From Chrysomallon squamiferum (taxonomy: Eukaryota; Animalia; Mollusca): 64,000 nt of DNA. Location: assembly GCA_012295275.1 (NCBI GenBank), contig CM022665.1, forward strand, positions 62,001 through 126,000, given 5' to 3'. A program made the position numbers and the translations under genes. Positions within the stretch are counted from its first letter, which is position 1. Each line of letters starts with the position of its first letter. The notes under the pieces are model-generated. The model was not told the origin of the DNA. It ran no database searches and worked only from the letters and a program-made list of their open reading frames with translations. Below are positions 26,364-38,700 of the stretch, one piece after another.

Positions 26364-27044
26364 CTGTAAGATGAAATTAAAACAAACATTTTAAAATTAA
26401 CATAATGAAGTGTTGTTCGTCACTCTGTTATGATTTTACATTAGATATAGGTGATGCAATTTTCACAAATTTTGTTTAAACGGATCAGTTATATTCATCA
26501 TTTATCTCGCCAATCTAGAATCGAGATTATGAGTTGTAAGGATGAATTGTTCTAAGCATCCACAGACGACATCGAGATAGAAATTTCAGCGTTTTCCTCA
26601 GATGAGTACGCGTTTCACTTAAAATACAAAATGCAAAAAGTGTTTCTCCGTATCTGCAAATAACTGTCAGAAACAGAGCTTACGGATCTATTAAATGGTT
26701 CTCCTTTTGATAATAATAACAATAATAAAGAAAGAAAGAAAGAAAGAAAGAAAGAAATGAACAAAAATAAATAAAATAAAATTAGAAAAAACAAAAAAAC
26801 AAGAACTTTACGAATCCCCTCAAGTCAGACATTACGGAGGGTGACTATGCAAATTACGTTTTAATAAAACGAGCGCGACGTGTTACATAAAGCATGACTC
26901 TAATCTAAGAAGGTTTAATCATGTAATAATATATTTATTTTTTACTACTTTCTGTGTTCTTTCATCATCTTCCAAAATTACTAAATTTACAAAATTAAAA
27001 AAACAAAAACAAAAAAAAAAAAAAAAAAATTAAATTGTACATAC

Positions 27045-27113
27045 CTTTTTCTACTATATTTAAAGGTGAACAAGTTTTGTGTAGATTGATTTCCATTACT
27101 TTATCGGTTAAAC
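27045..27113 (-). CDS. Candidate micro-exon, 69 nt, phase 1-1
   Basis: aaattacag|(G)LTDKVMEINLHKTCSPLNIVEK g|gtatgt. Confidence 0.7.
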
Positions 27114-27658
27114 CTGTAATTTCAGAAATATAGATAAACATAAAATGTGTAAAATTAACATCAGCTAACGTTTATAAGAAAGTAATTATTTTTCACCTAT
27201 TACATTCATGTAGTAGTCATTCAGATTATAAAAATGCACGAAGTCACAGACAGACAAACTGTTTGAAAACGAAACCAGGACATTAATGAAACTCCACGCT
27301 TATCTTTTGGGACAATTTTTAAAGCCGGGAAATAAAGGAGACATTTGTCTGACTTGCAATAATTCGAAATCACTGACAAACGTTCACTGATTAAAATAAA
27401 CAATAGATGTTGATATTCGTATATTAATTGAAAGGTAGGAGTGAGGTAAAATCAGGGTAGGGTCCTGTCAGCTACTGAAATTACAATATATAAATATTAT
27501 ATTGCATACTAAATAAGTGAATGTATAGGTAATTACTTCTTTGCTTCACAGGTATTTTTTAAAAAGAACAAAACAGAGTTGTTGACCACACAAAAGTACA
27601 GAAGATTAAATATATGACAATCACTTTATAAGTTAAGTTCAAGAACGTGTAAAAGTAC

Positions 27659-27718
27659 CTAAATCCTGAAAGATCCTCTTTATCATGTTCACCTGCTTAT
27701 CACTTAGCTCTGTAAGCT
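27659..27718 (-). CDS. Candidate micro-exon, 60 nt, identical to 26304-26363
   Basis: Part of a ~0.9 kb direct duplication offset by 1355 bp. Confidence 0.6.
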
Positions 27719-28950
27719 CTGTAAGATGAAATTAAAACAAACATTTTAAAATTAACATAATGAAGTGTTGTTCGTCACTCTGTTATGATTTTACATTAGA
27801 TATAGGTGATGCAATTTTCACAAATTTTGTTTAAAAGGATCAGTTATATTCATCATTTATCTCGCCAATCTAGAATCGAGATTATGAGTTGTAAGGATGA
27901 ATTGTTCTAAGCATCCACAGACGACATCGAGATAGAAATTTCAGCGTTTTCCTTAGATGAGTACGCGTTTCACTTTGAATACAAAATGCAAAAAGCGTTT
28001 CTCCGTATCTGCAAATAACTGTCAGAAACAGAGCTTACGGATCTATTAAATGGTTCTCTTTTTAATAATAATAACAATAATAAAGAAAGAAATAAAGAAA
28101 GAAAGAAATGAACAAAATTAAATAAAATAAAATTAGAAATAACACAAAAAAACAAGAACTTTACGAATCCCCTCAAGTCAGACATTACGGAGGGTGACTA
28201 TGCAAATTGCGTTTTAATAAAACGAGCTTCACGTGTTACATAAAGTATGACACTAAACTAAGAATGTTTAATCACGTAATAATATAGTAATTTACCTTTC
28301 TGTCCAGTAATATCACTGCCTTTATATGCTAGTAAAATTTATTTACAACTTTTCACTAATATAAATCACTAAAACTAATACGAATGCTCATATTTGTTTT
28401 GCTTGATTTTCTTTCCTTTCTGCAAGTTTTCACTTTGACAAATTGATCAACATTTGCTGAGAAGACAGTGAATACTAACCCATATGAAACTTTAAAAACT
28501 GCTGTGTTTAAAATATTTTTTGTTAGTTATGGCTAACTAAATGTTTCAACGAATAGGTTCGTATATTGTTACTGATGTAAATGAAGTTTATCAAAATAAT
28601 CAACTATTCAGTGCTGACATTAAGCAGCTACATCCACATGTGACTGCTGAATTAATAAAACTGTAAGATATACATTTCCTACAAATTTAATAATATGTGT
28701 GTATAAGTAAGATGCATTTAAAGAAGTAGAGTTCAGCTGAAAACAAAATAGAGAATTAAAAATCCTCAAGTGAGACATCGTTCCAAAGCACGAATTAGAC
28801 AGTTATTTTCTTGTTAAAAACTTAATTGATGGTGAATTTACCGAACTAAGAGTCTGAGCTGATATCATTCAGTTTATAAATTACAACTAACCAAACACAA
28901 TTTTGTGTTTTTTCATTACAGCTGAGAAATCTTTAAACTAACAAATTTAC

Positions 28951-29049
28951 CTGAAAGTTTGATGTCTGTAAATGATAATGGTGCTGCAGTGTTGTACAGG
29001 TTTATCTTCAAATTTGATAATTTATTTTCCGTCAGCTGATATCTTTGTT
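28951..29049 (-). CDS. Candidate micro-exon, 99 nt, phase 1-1
   Basis: tattacag|QRYQLTENKLSNLKINLYNTAAPLSFTDIKLS g|gtaaat. Confidence 0.68.
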
Positions 29050-29384
29050 CTGTAATACTCAATTCGACAAGGAGACAACGGAGTCTTTTGATATGAATTA
29101 ATCCTGTGCAAAATAATTAAATACACTGTTATCTACCTTTCCAGGAAATATTTTAGTCGGTTGTTTAAAGTAGAAGTTTCGGTTATTCAAACAGAGAAAG
29201 TATAAACCAAAGACAAATACTAAAAATATGTATTACTGGTATTAGTAAGTAATTAAATACTCTTTAAATACCGATGGAAGTAAATAATTAGAGTTTAGCT
29301 TAGAATATCAAAGTAACACACGTTCACCAGAAACTACTTTGATTCATCAGAACTGCAAAAGAAATTTAGGAAATAATTACGTAC

Positions 29385-29423
29385 GGATAGTAGTCCAGTG
29401 ATTCTGATTCATGAGAAATTTAT
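29385..29423 (-). CDS. Candidate micro-exon, 39 nt, phase 1-1
   Basis: ctattttcag|(D)KFLMNQNHWTTI c|gtacgt (weaker donor). Confidence 0.55.
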
Positions 29424-29789
29424 CTGAAAATAGAAATGTAGTTTCAGTAACATCAATAAAGATAAACTTTTCTAGCATTGTCAGAAATTTCCAATGCCTT
29501 TATATTGCAGTAAAATGTATTTACAACATTTCAGTAATATAAATCTGTAATACTAATACGAATGCTCATATTTGTTTTCATTGATTTTCTTTCCTTACTG
29601 CAGGTTTTCACTTTGACACACTGATAAACATTTGTTGAGAAGATAATGAATACAACCGTATATGAGACTTAAATACCGATGTAAGTAAATAATTAGAGTT
29701 TAGCTTAAAATATCAAACTAACACCCGTTCACCAGAAACTAAGTTGATTCATCATAACTGCAAAAGAAATTTAGGAAATAAGTACGTAC

Positions 29790-29828
29790 CATAATCTCTA
29801 TAGTCTTCCTCTACGCCAAGAAATGGAT
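29790..29828 (-). CDS. Candidate micro-exon, 39 nt, phase 1-1
   Basis: ctattttcag|(D)PFLGVEEDYRDY g|gtacgt. Confidence 0.65.
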
Positions 29829-31134
29829 CTGAAAATAGAAATGTAGTTTCAGTAACATCGATAAAGATAAACTTTTCTAGCATTGTCAGAAATTTCCAAT
29901 GCCTTTATATTGCAGTAAAATGTATTTACAACATTTCAGTAATATAAATCAGTAATACTAATACGAATGCTCATATTTGTTTTCATTGATTTTCTTTCCT
30001 TACTGCAAGTTTTCTCTTTGACAAACTGATAAACATTAGTTGAGAAGACAATGAATACAACCTTATATGAGACTTTTAAAACTGCTGTTTTTAAAAGTCT
30101 TTGAGTTGTTAGTGACACGTAACTAACTGTTTCAACGAAAAGTTGAGAAAACAATTTTATAAAAATGATATGCTTCTAAACGTTTTTTAGAACTTTGTCC
30201 ATAACCTATTTTGTAACTACTCATACGTAGTCGTATTTTAATACGCAAAATCAAAACAGAAAAATAAACTCATACCTTCAGTCGTGAAAGTAAAGTAACA
30301 GGGATTTATATGTGTTAATTATTACATACTTGGATAAATATATTGGTTGCAAATCATGTAGATAAGAATTATCAGTGTGTTTATTGTATATTACTATGAC
30401 ATCTCTGGTTGCAATGTCGTAATGTAAATCAAAGTTAATTCTAGTGTAGTCTGACTGTGTGTTCTTCTAAATTTTAAACTACAAAGCTGTATTGAAAGTT
30501 TGTATGTTGTTACTGATGTAAATGAAGTTTGTCATAAATATGAAGAATTGAAAGGCGATATTCAGTGCTGGCATTAAGCAGCTATATCCACATGTGACTG
30601 CTGAATTAAAAAAAACTGTAAGATTTACATTTACTATAAATTTAATAATATGTGTGTATAAGTAAGATGCATTTAAAGTAGCAGAGATCAGATGAAAACA
30701 AAATAGACATTTAAAAAGAAATTTTTTAGACTCCTCAATTGAGACATCGTTCCAAAGCACGAATTAGACAGTTATGTTCTTCTTAAAAAGTTAACTGCTG
30801 CTGAATTTACTGAGCTAGCAGTTTGATCTGATATCCTTCACTTAAAAAATTACAACTTATCAAACAAAATTTTGTGTTCTTTCATTACATTTCAGAAACT
30901 TTAAACTAAGCATATTAACTAACGATACTATTATGCCTTTAATAACTGTATATGCATATAAAGTTCAGATTCTCTTGTCTCTAATAATAAAATAGAATAA
31001 ATTATAAACGAAAGACAAATGACTAATATATGCAAATTATTAGATTTCTGTTTAAAAACAACAAAGAGACACCCATACACAAGAAGGTATGCTTTATCAT
31101 AGCTAGAGAAGAAAGTTAACAAATAATTATGTAC

Positions 31135-31197
31135 CTGAATTACACGTCTGTTTCACTGTTTTTGATTTGGAAATGGCTGTCAGCTTTCGTTGTACAC
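31135..31197 (-). CDS. Candidate micro-exon, 63 nt, diverged member of the array exon family
   Basis: aaattacag|(G)VQRKLTAISKSKTVKQTCNS g|gtacat. Confidence 0.65.
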
Positions 31198-31332
31198 CTG
31201 TAATTTCAGTAACATAAATAAAGATAAACATTTCTAGCATAGTTGAGTATTATCACTGGTTTTTTATGCCAGTAAAAATTATGTACAACTTTTGACTAAT
31301 ATAAATCAGTAAAACTAATAAGAATGCTCATA

Positions 31333-32078
31333 CAGCGGTATTTCGAGTTACGAGTGCTCCAACTGACGATTTTTTCGAGTTACGAGCAGCTGCCCGGTCG
31401 ATTTTTTGCTTTCAGTTGCGAGCCAAAATCCGAGTTACGAGCGAGATTCAGATATGTCTCCGCTAGTTGGCGCAACGAACAACACAACATCCGCCGAGAA
31501 TCCCGCGACTTACTCATTTACTTCACGTGGTTACCTAACCGTGGAAGCATTTCTGTTGTGTTGTACTCGCGTTTTGTGCAATATTTTGCCAAAGTTAGTG
31601 CAAAGGTCAGTGCTGAGACGAAGAAGCGGATGATGTCCATTGAATTAAAGTACGAAATCATAGAAAAGCATGAGCGAGGTTTGCGTGTGGTCAACGTGGC
31701 TAGACAGTACATTATGTACCATACGATATGCACCATAATGAAGCAGAAGGAGTCGATAAAGGCTGTAAGTCCAGCCAAAGGCCTTAAAATAATTTCTAAG
31801 CTGAGGACCTCTGACCATGAAAAGATGGAGAAACGCTAACCCTGTCCACTTTCCAAAACCAATTTATTTCTTTACATTCTCTTTTATGTTGTTTTTATAC
31901 AATATTTGTCATTTATACATACATTTTTTTATTTGGAGTGGTTTTCGGGGGTTGAGGCTGAAACGGATTAATAGTATTTCAATTAATTTCATTTGGGGAA
32001 ATTGATTTGATATACGAGCAGTTTGAGTTACCAGCTCGGTCACGGAACGAATTAAACTCGTAAGACAAGGCACCACTG
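31333..32078 (+). mobile_element. Non-autonomous Tigger/pogo-like DNA transposon
   Basis: TA flanks; imperfect TIRs CAGCGGTATTTCGAGTTACGAG / CTCGTAAGACAAGGCACCACTG; remnant CENP-B-type HTH KKRMMSIELKYEIIEKHERGLRVVNVARQY..TICTIMKQKESIK; no DDD domain. Confidence 0.85.
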
Positions 32079-32081
32079 TAC

Positions 32082-32150
<69 letters not shown>

Positions 32151-32486
32151 CCACATATTTTTCCATATGTGCAAATAATTATCAGAAAGAGTACTTACGA
32201 ATTATGTCAAATTATATCAAACAAAACTTTAAACAAGAAATAAAGAAAGAAAGAAAGAAAGAAACAGAGAAAAATACTAAATTCTTAATCCCCCCTAAAA
32301 TATCACCGTTAAGTGCGACTATGAAAATTAGGCTCTTATAAAAAAAAAAAAAAAAAAAAAAAATTATCTGTCACATAAAGAATAAAGTTAAACAAGAAAC
32401 TTTAGTAATAACAGATTTAATTTTTGTGTTCCTGTGATTTATCATGATCCTTTCAAAACTGTTACATTTAAAAGCTTTATATAAAC

Positions 32487-32527
<41 letters not shown>

Positions 32528-32560
32528 GTAGTACCTTAATAATAATCATCATAATAATAC

Positions 32561-32620
32561 CTGCATACCTTGTATAACCCTGTTGATTGTCCGGACAATT
32601 AGTGATCAAGTTCCTTAACC
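32561..32620 (-). CDS. Candidate micro-exon, 60 nt, phase 1-1
   Basis: ttttttcag|(G)LRNLITNCPDNQQGYTRYA g|gtatta; a competing internal donor aag|gtatgc exists. Confidence 0.55.
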
Positions 32621-33383
32621 CTGAAAAAATCAAACATCAATTAGTTTAAAATTTAAAATTAACATCAGTTTACAATTACAAGAAAATTATTATTTTTCAC
32701 GTTTTATTTTAATGAGATAGTTATTCAGACTAGAAAAATGCACAAAATCAGAAAGAGACAAACTATTTGACAATGAAACCAGGACATTTATGACGTTCTG
32801 AGATCACTGCTTATGACAAATCTTGGAACAAGGAAGTAAAAAAGACACTTGTCTAACTTGCGATATTCAGATTAAAGTCTGTATTACATTTTCACTTGTT
32901 AAAAAACGTTATAGATGTTACTGAAATACATATGTGGTAGGGTCCTGTGAGCTATTCTAATTACAAAATACCAGTATTTTATTGCCGAACTACTTTTAAA
33001 ATGTACAGTTCGGCTATCATGATTAAATGCAACAATGAGATGGAAGATTAGACAGTGTTTTTAAGCATTTATATCTTTGGTTGAAATGCATTCTTTCTGC
33101 TCGTTATATAACAAACAACAAAAAGTAATAATAATAAATTAATAAAAAAAATAAAAAATAAATAAAACATAAATAGAGAAAATACTAAATTCTAAAACTC
33201 CCTGAGATATCAGTCTTCAGTGCGACTATCAAAATTAGGTTCTTATACAACAGCAGAAAAAGATGTGACACCTAAAGTAGAAAATTAAACAATAAGCTTT
33301 AGTAAAAACAGATTTATTTTTTATTTCTTCCTGTGATCTATCACGATGCCTACAAAACTGTTAAATTTAAGAACTTTATATAA

Positions 33384-33427
<44 letters not shown>

Positions 33428-33815
33428 AAAATAATAATTATAATAAAATAATAATAAAATAAAGAAACTCCAAAATAACAGTAACACAGAACTCACTGCA
33501 ATCTCTGGCACTGATATTTCAGAAAAACAAAATATTTAAAATTAAAAAATGATCATCAGTTTACGATTATAAGAAGAAATATACTGATCATCGTATCATG
33601 AGCAACAGTCAGATGGAAGTTTAGTCCGTTTATTTAAACATTTATATCTTTGGTCTTTAAAAACACACTAGCTGCTGGCAAAACAACGAACGAAAATAAT
33701 TAAAATAATAATATAAATAAATAAATAAATAATAATAACGATCTATTCATTACTTTTAGTAAAATCACGCTGTTTAATCACAGATAGAAAAGAAAGTTAA
33801 CAATTAATAATTTAC

Positions 33816-33866
33816 CTGCATTACCCAGGTGTTTCATCCAACTATTTACTGATCCATGTGTTGCAC
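33816..33866 (-). CDS. Candidate micro-exon, 51 nt, phase 1-1
   Basis: aaattacag|(G)ATHGSVNSWMKHLGNA g|gtaaat. Confidence 0.68.
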
Positions 33867-34607
33867 CTGTAATTTCAGTAAAATAAATAAATATAAATAT
33901 TTCTGATACTGTACAGTAATATCACTGGCATTTTGTGGCAACAAAAAATATTGTATTCTCTGATTTTCTTGTACAGTAGGGCACTTCCCTTGCGAAGTTT
34001 AACATTTCAGTATTCCTCACTTCATTTGTCAAATATTTAATTTCAGTAATATGTATCAATGGAGTGTGGGTCACCCTGTTTTCAGCTAGCCTCTTTAGAA
34101 TTATAAGACAATACTACTGACATTTTATAACACGCAAATATTATCATTTTATTAATAAACATGAACATGATCATGATTTGATGTGGATGTCATTACTGAA
34201 AATCTCAGCTGTACAAAATTATCACTGACTACTATCAGATTTTTACAGCTGTCACGAAAATGGATAATTTTGTGTTCAACATTCAATCCCTGACGTCTAC
34301 TGAAAATGCTTTTCACTGAATACATTCCTTTGCATATATTAACTATAGATAATCTTATTACTTTAACAATTTTATATGTACATAAAGTTCAAACTTTCTA
34401 GTCTCTATTCATCAAACAGAGAACATATAAACCAAATACAAACACCCAAATATGTATTACTGGTATTAGTAATTAATTAAACATTCTTAAAATGCCGAAG
34501 AAAGTAAATAATTAGAGTTTAGCTTAAAACATCAAAGTAAAACACATTCACAAGAAACTGCATTGATTCATCATACAGCAAAAATAAGTTAGGAAATAAT
34601 TATGTAC

Positions 34608-34694
34608 TTGAATTACTCCTGCGTTTCATTAATTCTAATACTTTACAACACTTCAGTGTCAATCGACTCTTTACAGAAACGTCTTTTTGTAGAT
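34608..34694 (-). pseudogene. Micro-exon with mutated acceptor (87 nt, open frame, AG>AC)
   Basis: aaattacac|LQKDVSVKSRLTLKCCKVLELMKRRSNS a|gtacat. Confidence 0.55.
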
Positions 34695-35708
34695 GTGTAA
34701 TTTCAGTAACATAAAAAAACAAAAACATTCATCGCATTGCCGAGTATAATTAGTAAATATTCATACTCAGTCTATATTAATACGTAAAATCAAAACACAA
34801 AAATAAAACGTCGTACCATCAGAAACGGAAGTAAAGTAACAACAATTTATAGGTTAATTATTACACACTTGGATAAATACATTCGTTGCAAATCATGTAG
34901 ATAAGAATTATCTGTTCTGACTGTCACTGTGACACCTTTGTTTGCAATGTTGTAATATAAATCAAAGTTAATTCTAGCGTAGTCTGACTGCGCGTTCTGC
35001 TAAATTGTAAACTACAAAGCTGTACTGAAAGTTTGTATGTTATTACTCATGTAAATGAAGCTTCTCATAAATATCAACAATTCAAAGGCGATATTCAGTG
35101 CTAACATTAAGCAGCTACATCCACATGTCACTGCTGAATTAAAAACACTGTAAGATAAACATTTTCTATAAATTTCGAAAGATGTGAATGTATAATTAAG
35201 GTAATTTTAGGTATCAGAGTTGACTTGAAAACAAAATAGACAATGAAAAAGAAACCCTTAAGACTCCTCAAGTGAGACATCGTTCCAAAGCCCGATTTAG
35301 ACAGTTGTGTTCTTCTTAAAAAGCTTAATTGCTGCTGAATTTACTGAGCTAGCAGTTTGATGTGATATCCTTCTGTTTATAAATTACAACTTATCAAACA
35401 AAATTTTGTGTTCTTTCATTACATCTGAGAAATCTTTAAACTAGGCATATTTACTAAAGACAACCTTATGCTTTTTATAATTTTATATGTATACAAAGTT
35501 CAGATTGTCTTCTCTACTAAAAACATAGAATAAACTATAAACGAAAGCCAAATGCTAAACATATGTATTAATGGTGTTAATAATTAATTTTCACTAATGT
35601 AAGTAAATAATTAGATTTCTGTTTAAAGACAACAAAGTGGCACCCATACACAAGAATGTAATTTGCTTTATCATAGCTAGAGAAGAAAGTTAACAAATAA
35701 TTATGTAC

Positions 35709-38700
35709 CTGAATTAGACCTCTGTTCCACTCTTTCTGATTTGGAAATGGCTGTCGACTGTAGTTGTACTTCTGTAATTTAAGTAACGGAAATAAAGTTA
35801 AATATTTCTAGCATAGCTGAGTAGTATCAATGGCTATTTATGCCAGTAAACATTATATACCACTTTTCACTAATATAAATCACTAAACTAATACGAATTT
35901 TCATATTTGTTTTGCTTGTTTCTCTTTCTTAGCTGGATGTTTTCACTTCGACAACCTCATAAACATTTCCTGGGAAGACAGTGAATACTAACCCATGTGA
36001 GACTGTAAAAACTGCTGTCTTTAAAAGTTTTTGTGTTGTTAGTTACAGCTTACTAAATGTTTCACCGAAAAGTGCGAAAACCACTTTGTAACAAAGATAT
36101 ACTTCTAAACGTTTTCTAGAAGTATTTAGTAACTACTCATAAGTAGTCAATATTAATACGTAAAATCAAACATCAGACACTGAAGTAAAGTAACAACAAT
36201 TTATAGGTTAATTATTACACACTTGGATAAATATATTCGTTGCAAATCATGTAGATAAGAATTATCTGTTCTGACTGTCACTGTGACACCTCTGTTTGCA
36301 ATGTTGTAATGGAAATCAAAGTTAATTCTAGCGTAGTCTGACTGCGCGTTCTGCTAAATTGTAAACTACAAAGCTGTACTGAAAGTTTGTATGTTATTAC
36401 TCATGTAAATGAAGCTTCTCATAAATATCAACAATTCAAAGGCGATATTCAGTCCTGACATTAAGCAGCTACATCCACATGTCACTGCTGAATTAAAAAC
36501 ACTGTAAGATATACATTTTCTATAAATTTCGAAAGATGTGAATGTATAATTAAGGTAATTTTAGGTATCAGAGTTGACTTGAAAAGAAAATAGACAATGA
36601 AAAAGAAACCCTTAAGACTCCTCAAGTGAGACATCGTTCCAAAGCCCGATTTAGACAGTTGTGTTCTTCTTAAAAAGCTTAATTGCTGCTGAATTTACTG
36701 AGCTAGCAGTTTGATGTGATATCCTTCTGTTTATAAATTACAACTTATCAAACAAAATTTTGTGTTCTTTCATTACATCTGAGAAATCTTTAAACTAGGC
36801 ATATTTACTAAAGACAACCTTATGTTTTTCATAATTTTATATGTATACAAAGTTCAGATTGTCTTCTCTACTAAAAACATAGAATAAACTATAAACGAAA
36901 GCCAAATGCTAAACATATGCATTAATGGTGTTAATAATTAATTTTGACTAATATATGCAAATAATTAGATTTCTGTTTAAAGACAACAAAGTGGCACCCA
37001 TACACAAGAATGTAATTTGCTTTATCATAGCTAGAGAAGAAAGTTAACAAATAATTATGTACCTGAATTAGACCTCTGTTCCACTCTTTCTGATTTGGAA
37101 ATGGCTGTCGACTGTAGTTGTACTTCTGTAATTTAAGTAACGTAAATAAAGTTAAATATTTCTAGCATAGCTGAGTAGTATCAATGGCTATTTATGCCAG
37201 TAAACATTATATACCACTTTTCACTAATATAAATCACTAAACTAATACGAATTTTCATATTTGTTTTGCTTGTTTCTCTTTCTTAGCTGGATGTTTTCAC
37301 TTCGACAACCTCATAAACATTTCCTGGGAAGACAGTGAATACTAACCCATGTGAGACTGTAAAAACTGCTGTCTTTAAAAGTTTTTGTGTTGTTAGTTAC
37401 AGCTTACTAAATGTTTCACCGAAAAAGTGCGAAAACCACTTTGTAACAAAGATATACTTCTAAACGTTTTCTAGAAGTATTTAGTAACTACTCATAAGTA
37501 GTCAATATTAATACGTAAAATCAAACATCAGACACTGAAGTAAAGTAACAACAATTTATAGGTTAATTATTACACACTTGGATAAATATATTCGTTGCAA
37601 ATCATGTAGATAAGAATTATCTGTTCTGACTGTCACTGTGACACCTCTGTTTGCAATGTTGTAATGGAAATCAAAGTTAATTCTAGCGTAGTCTGACTGC
37701 GCGTTCTGCTAAATTGTAAACTACAAGGCTGTACTCAAAGATTTTATATTATTACTCATGTAAATGAAGCTTCTCATAAATATCAACAATTCAAAGGCGA
37801 TATTCAGTGCTGACATTAAGCAGCTACATCCACATGTCACTGCTGAATTAAAAACACTGTAAGATATACATTTTCTATAAATTTCGAAAGACGTGAATGT
37901 ATAATTAAGGTAATTTTAGGTATCAGAGTTGACTTGAAAACAAAATAGAAAGTGAAAAAGAAACCCTTAAGACTCCTCAAGTGAGACATCGTTCCAAAGC
38001 CCGATTTAGACAGTTGTGTTCTTCTTAAAAAGCTTAATTGCTGCTGAATTTACTGAGCTAGCAGTTTGATGTGATGTCCTTCTGTTTATAAATTACAACT
38101 TATCAAACAAAATTTTGTGTTCTTTCATTACATCTGAGAAATCTTTAAACTAGGCATATTAACTAAAGACAACCTTATGTTTTTTTATAATTTTATATGT
38201 ATACAAAGTTCAGATTGTCTTCTCTACTAAAAACATAGAATAAACTATAAACGAAAGCCAAATGCTAAACATATGTATTAATGGTGTTAATAATTAATTT
38301 TCACTAATGTAAGTAAATAATTAGATTTCTGTTTAAAGACAACAAAGTGGCACCCATACACAAGAATGTAATTTGCTTTATCATAGCTAGAGAAGAAAGT
38401 TAACAAATAATTATGTACCTGAATTAGACCTCTGTTCCACTCTTTCTGATTTGGAAATGGCTGTCGACTGTAGTTGTACTTCTGTAATTTAAGTAACGGA
38501 AATAAAGTTAAATATTTCTAGCATAGCTGAGTAGTATCAATGGCTATTTATGCCAGTAAACATTATATACCACTTTTCACTAATATAAATCACTAAACTA
38601 ATACGAATTTTCATATTTGTTTTGCTTGTTTCTCTTTCTTAGCTGGATGTTTTCACTTCGACAACCTCATAAACATTTCCTGGGAAGACAGTGAATACTA

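Noticed and set aside
31324-31839. 171-aa ORF as a functional transposase
   Set aside because: Only an N-terminal HTH remnant; no catalytic domain in a 746-bp element.
34195-34298. Exon-like segment with a ttttcag acceptor on the minus strand
   Set aside because: In-frame TGA in phase 1 and a poor donor.
35345-35372. Second exon per array unit (aaacag|28 nt|gtaaat)
   Set aside because: 28 nt is not symmetric, the donor is weak, and the acceptor is absent in diverged copies.
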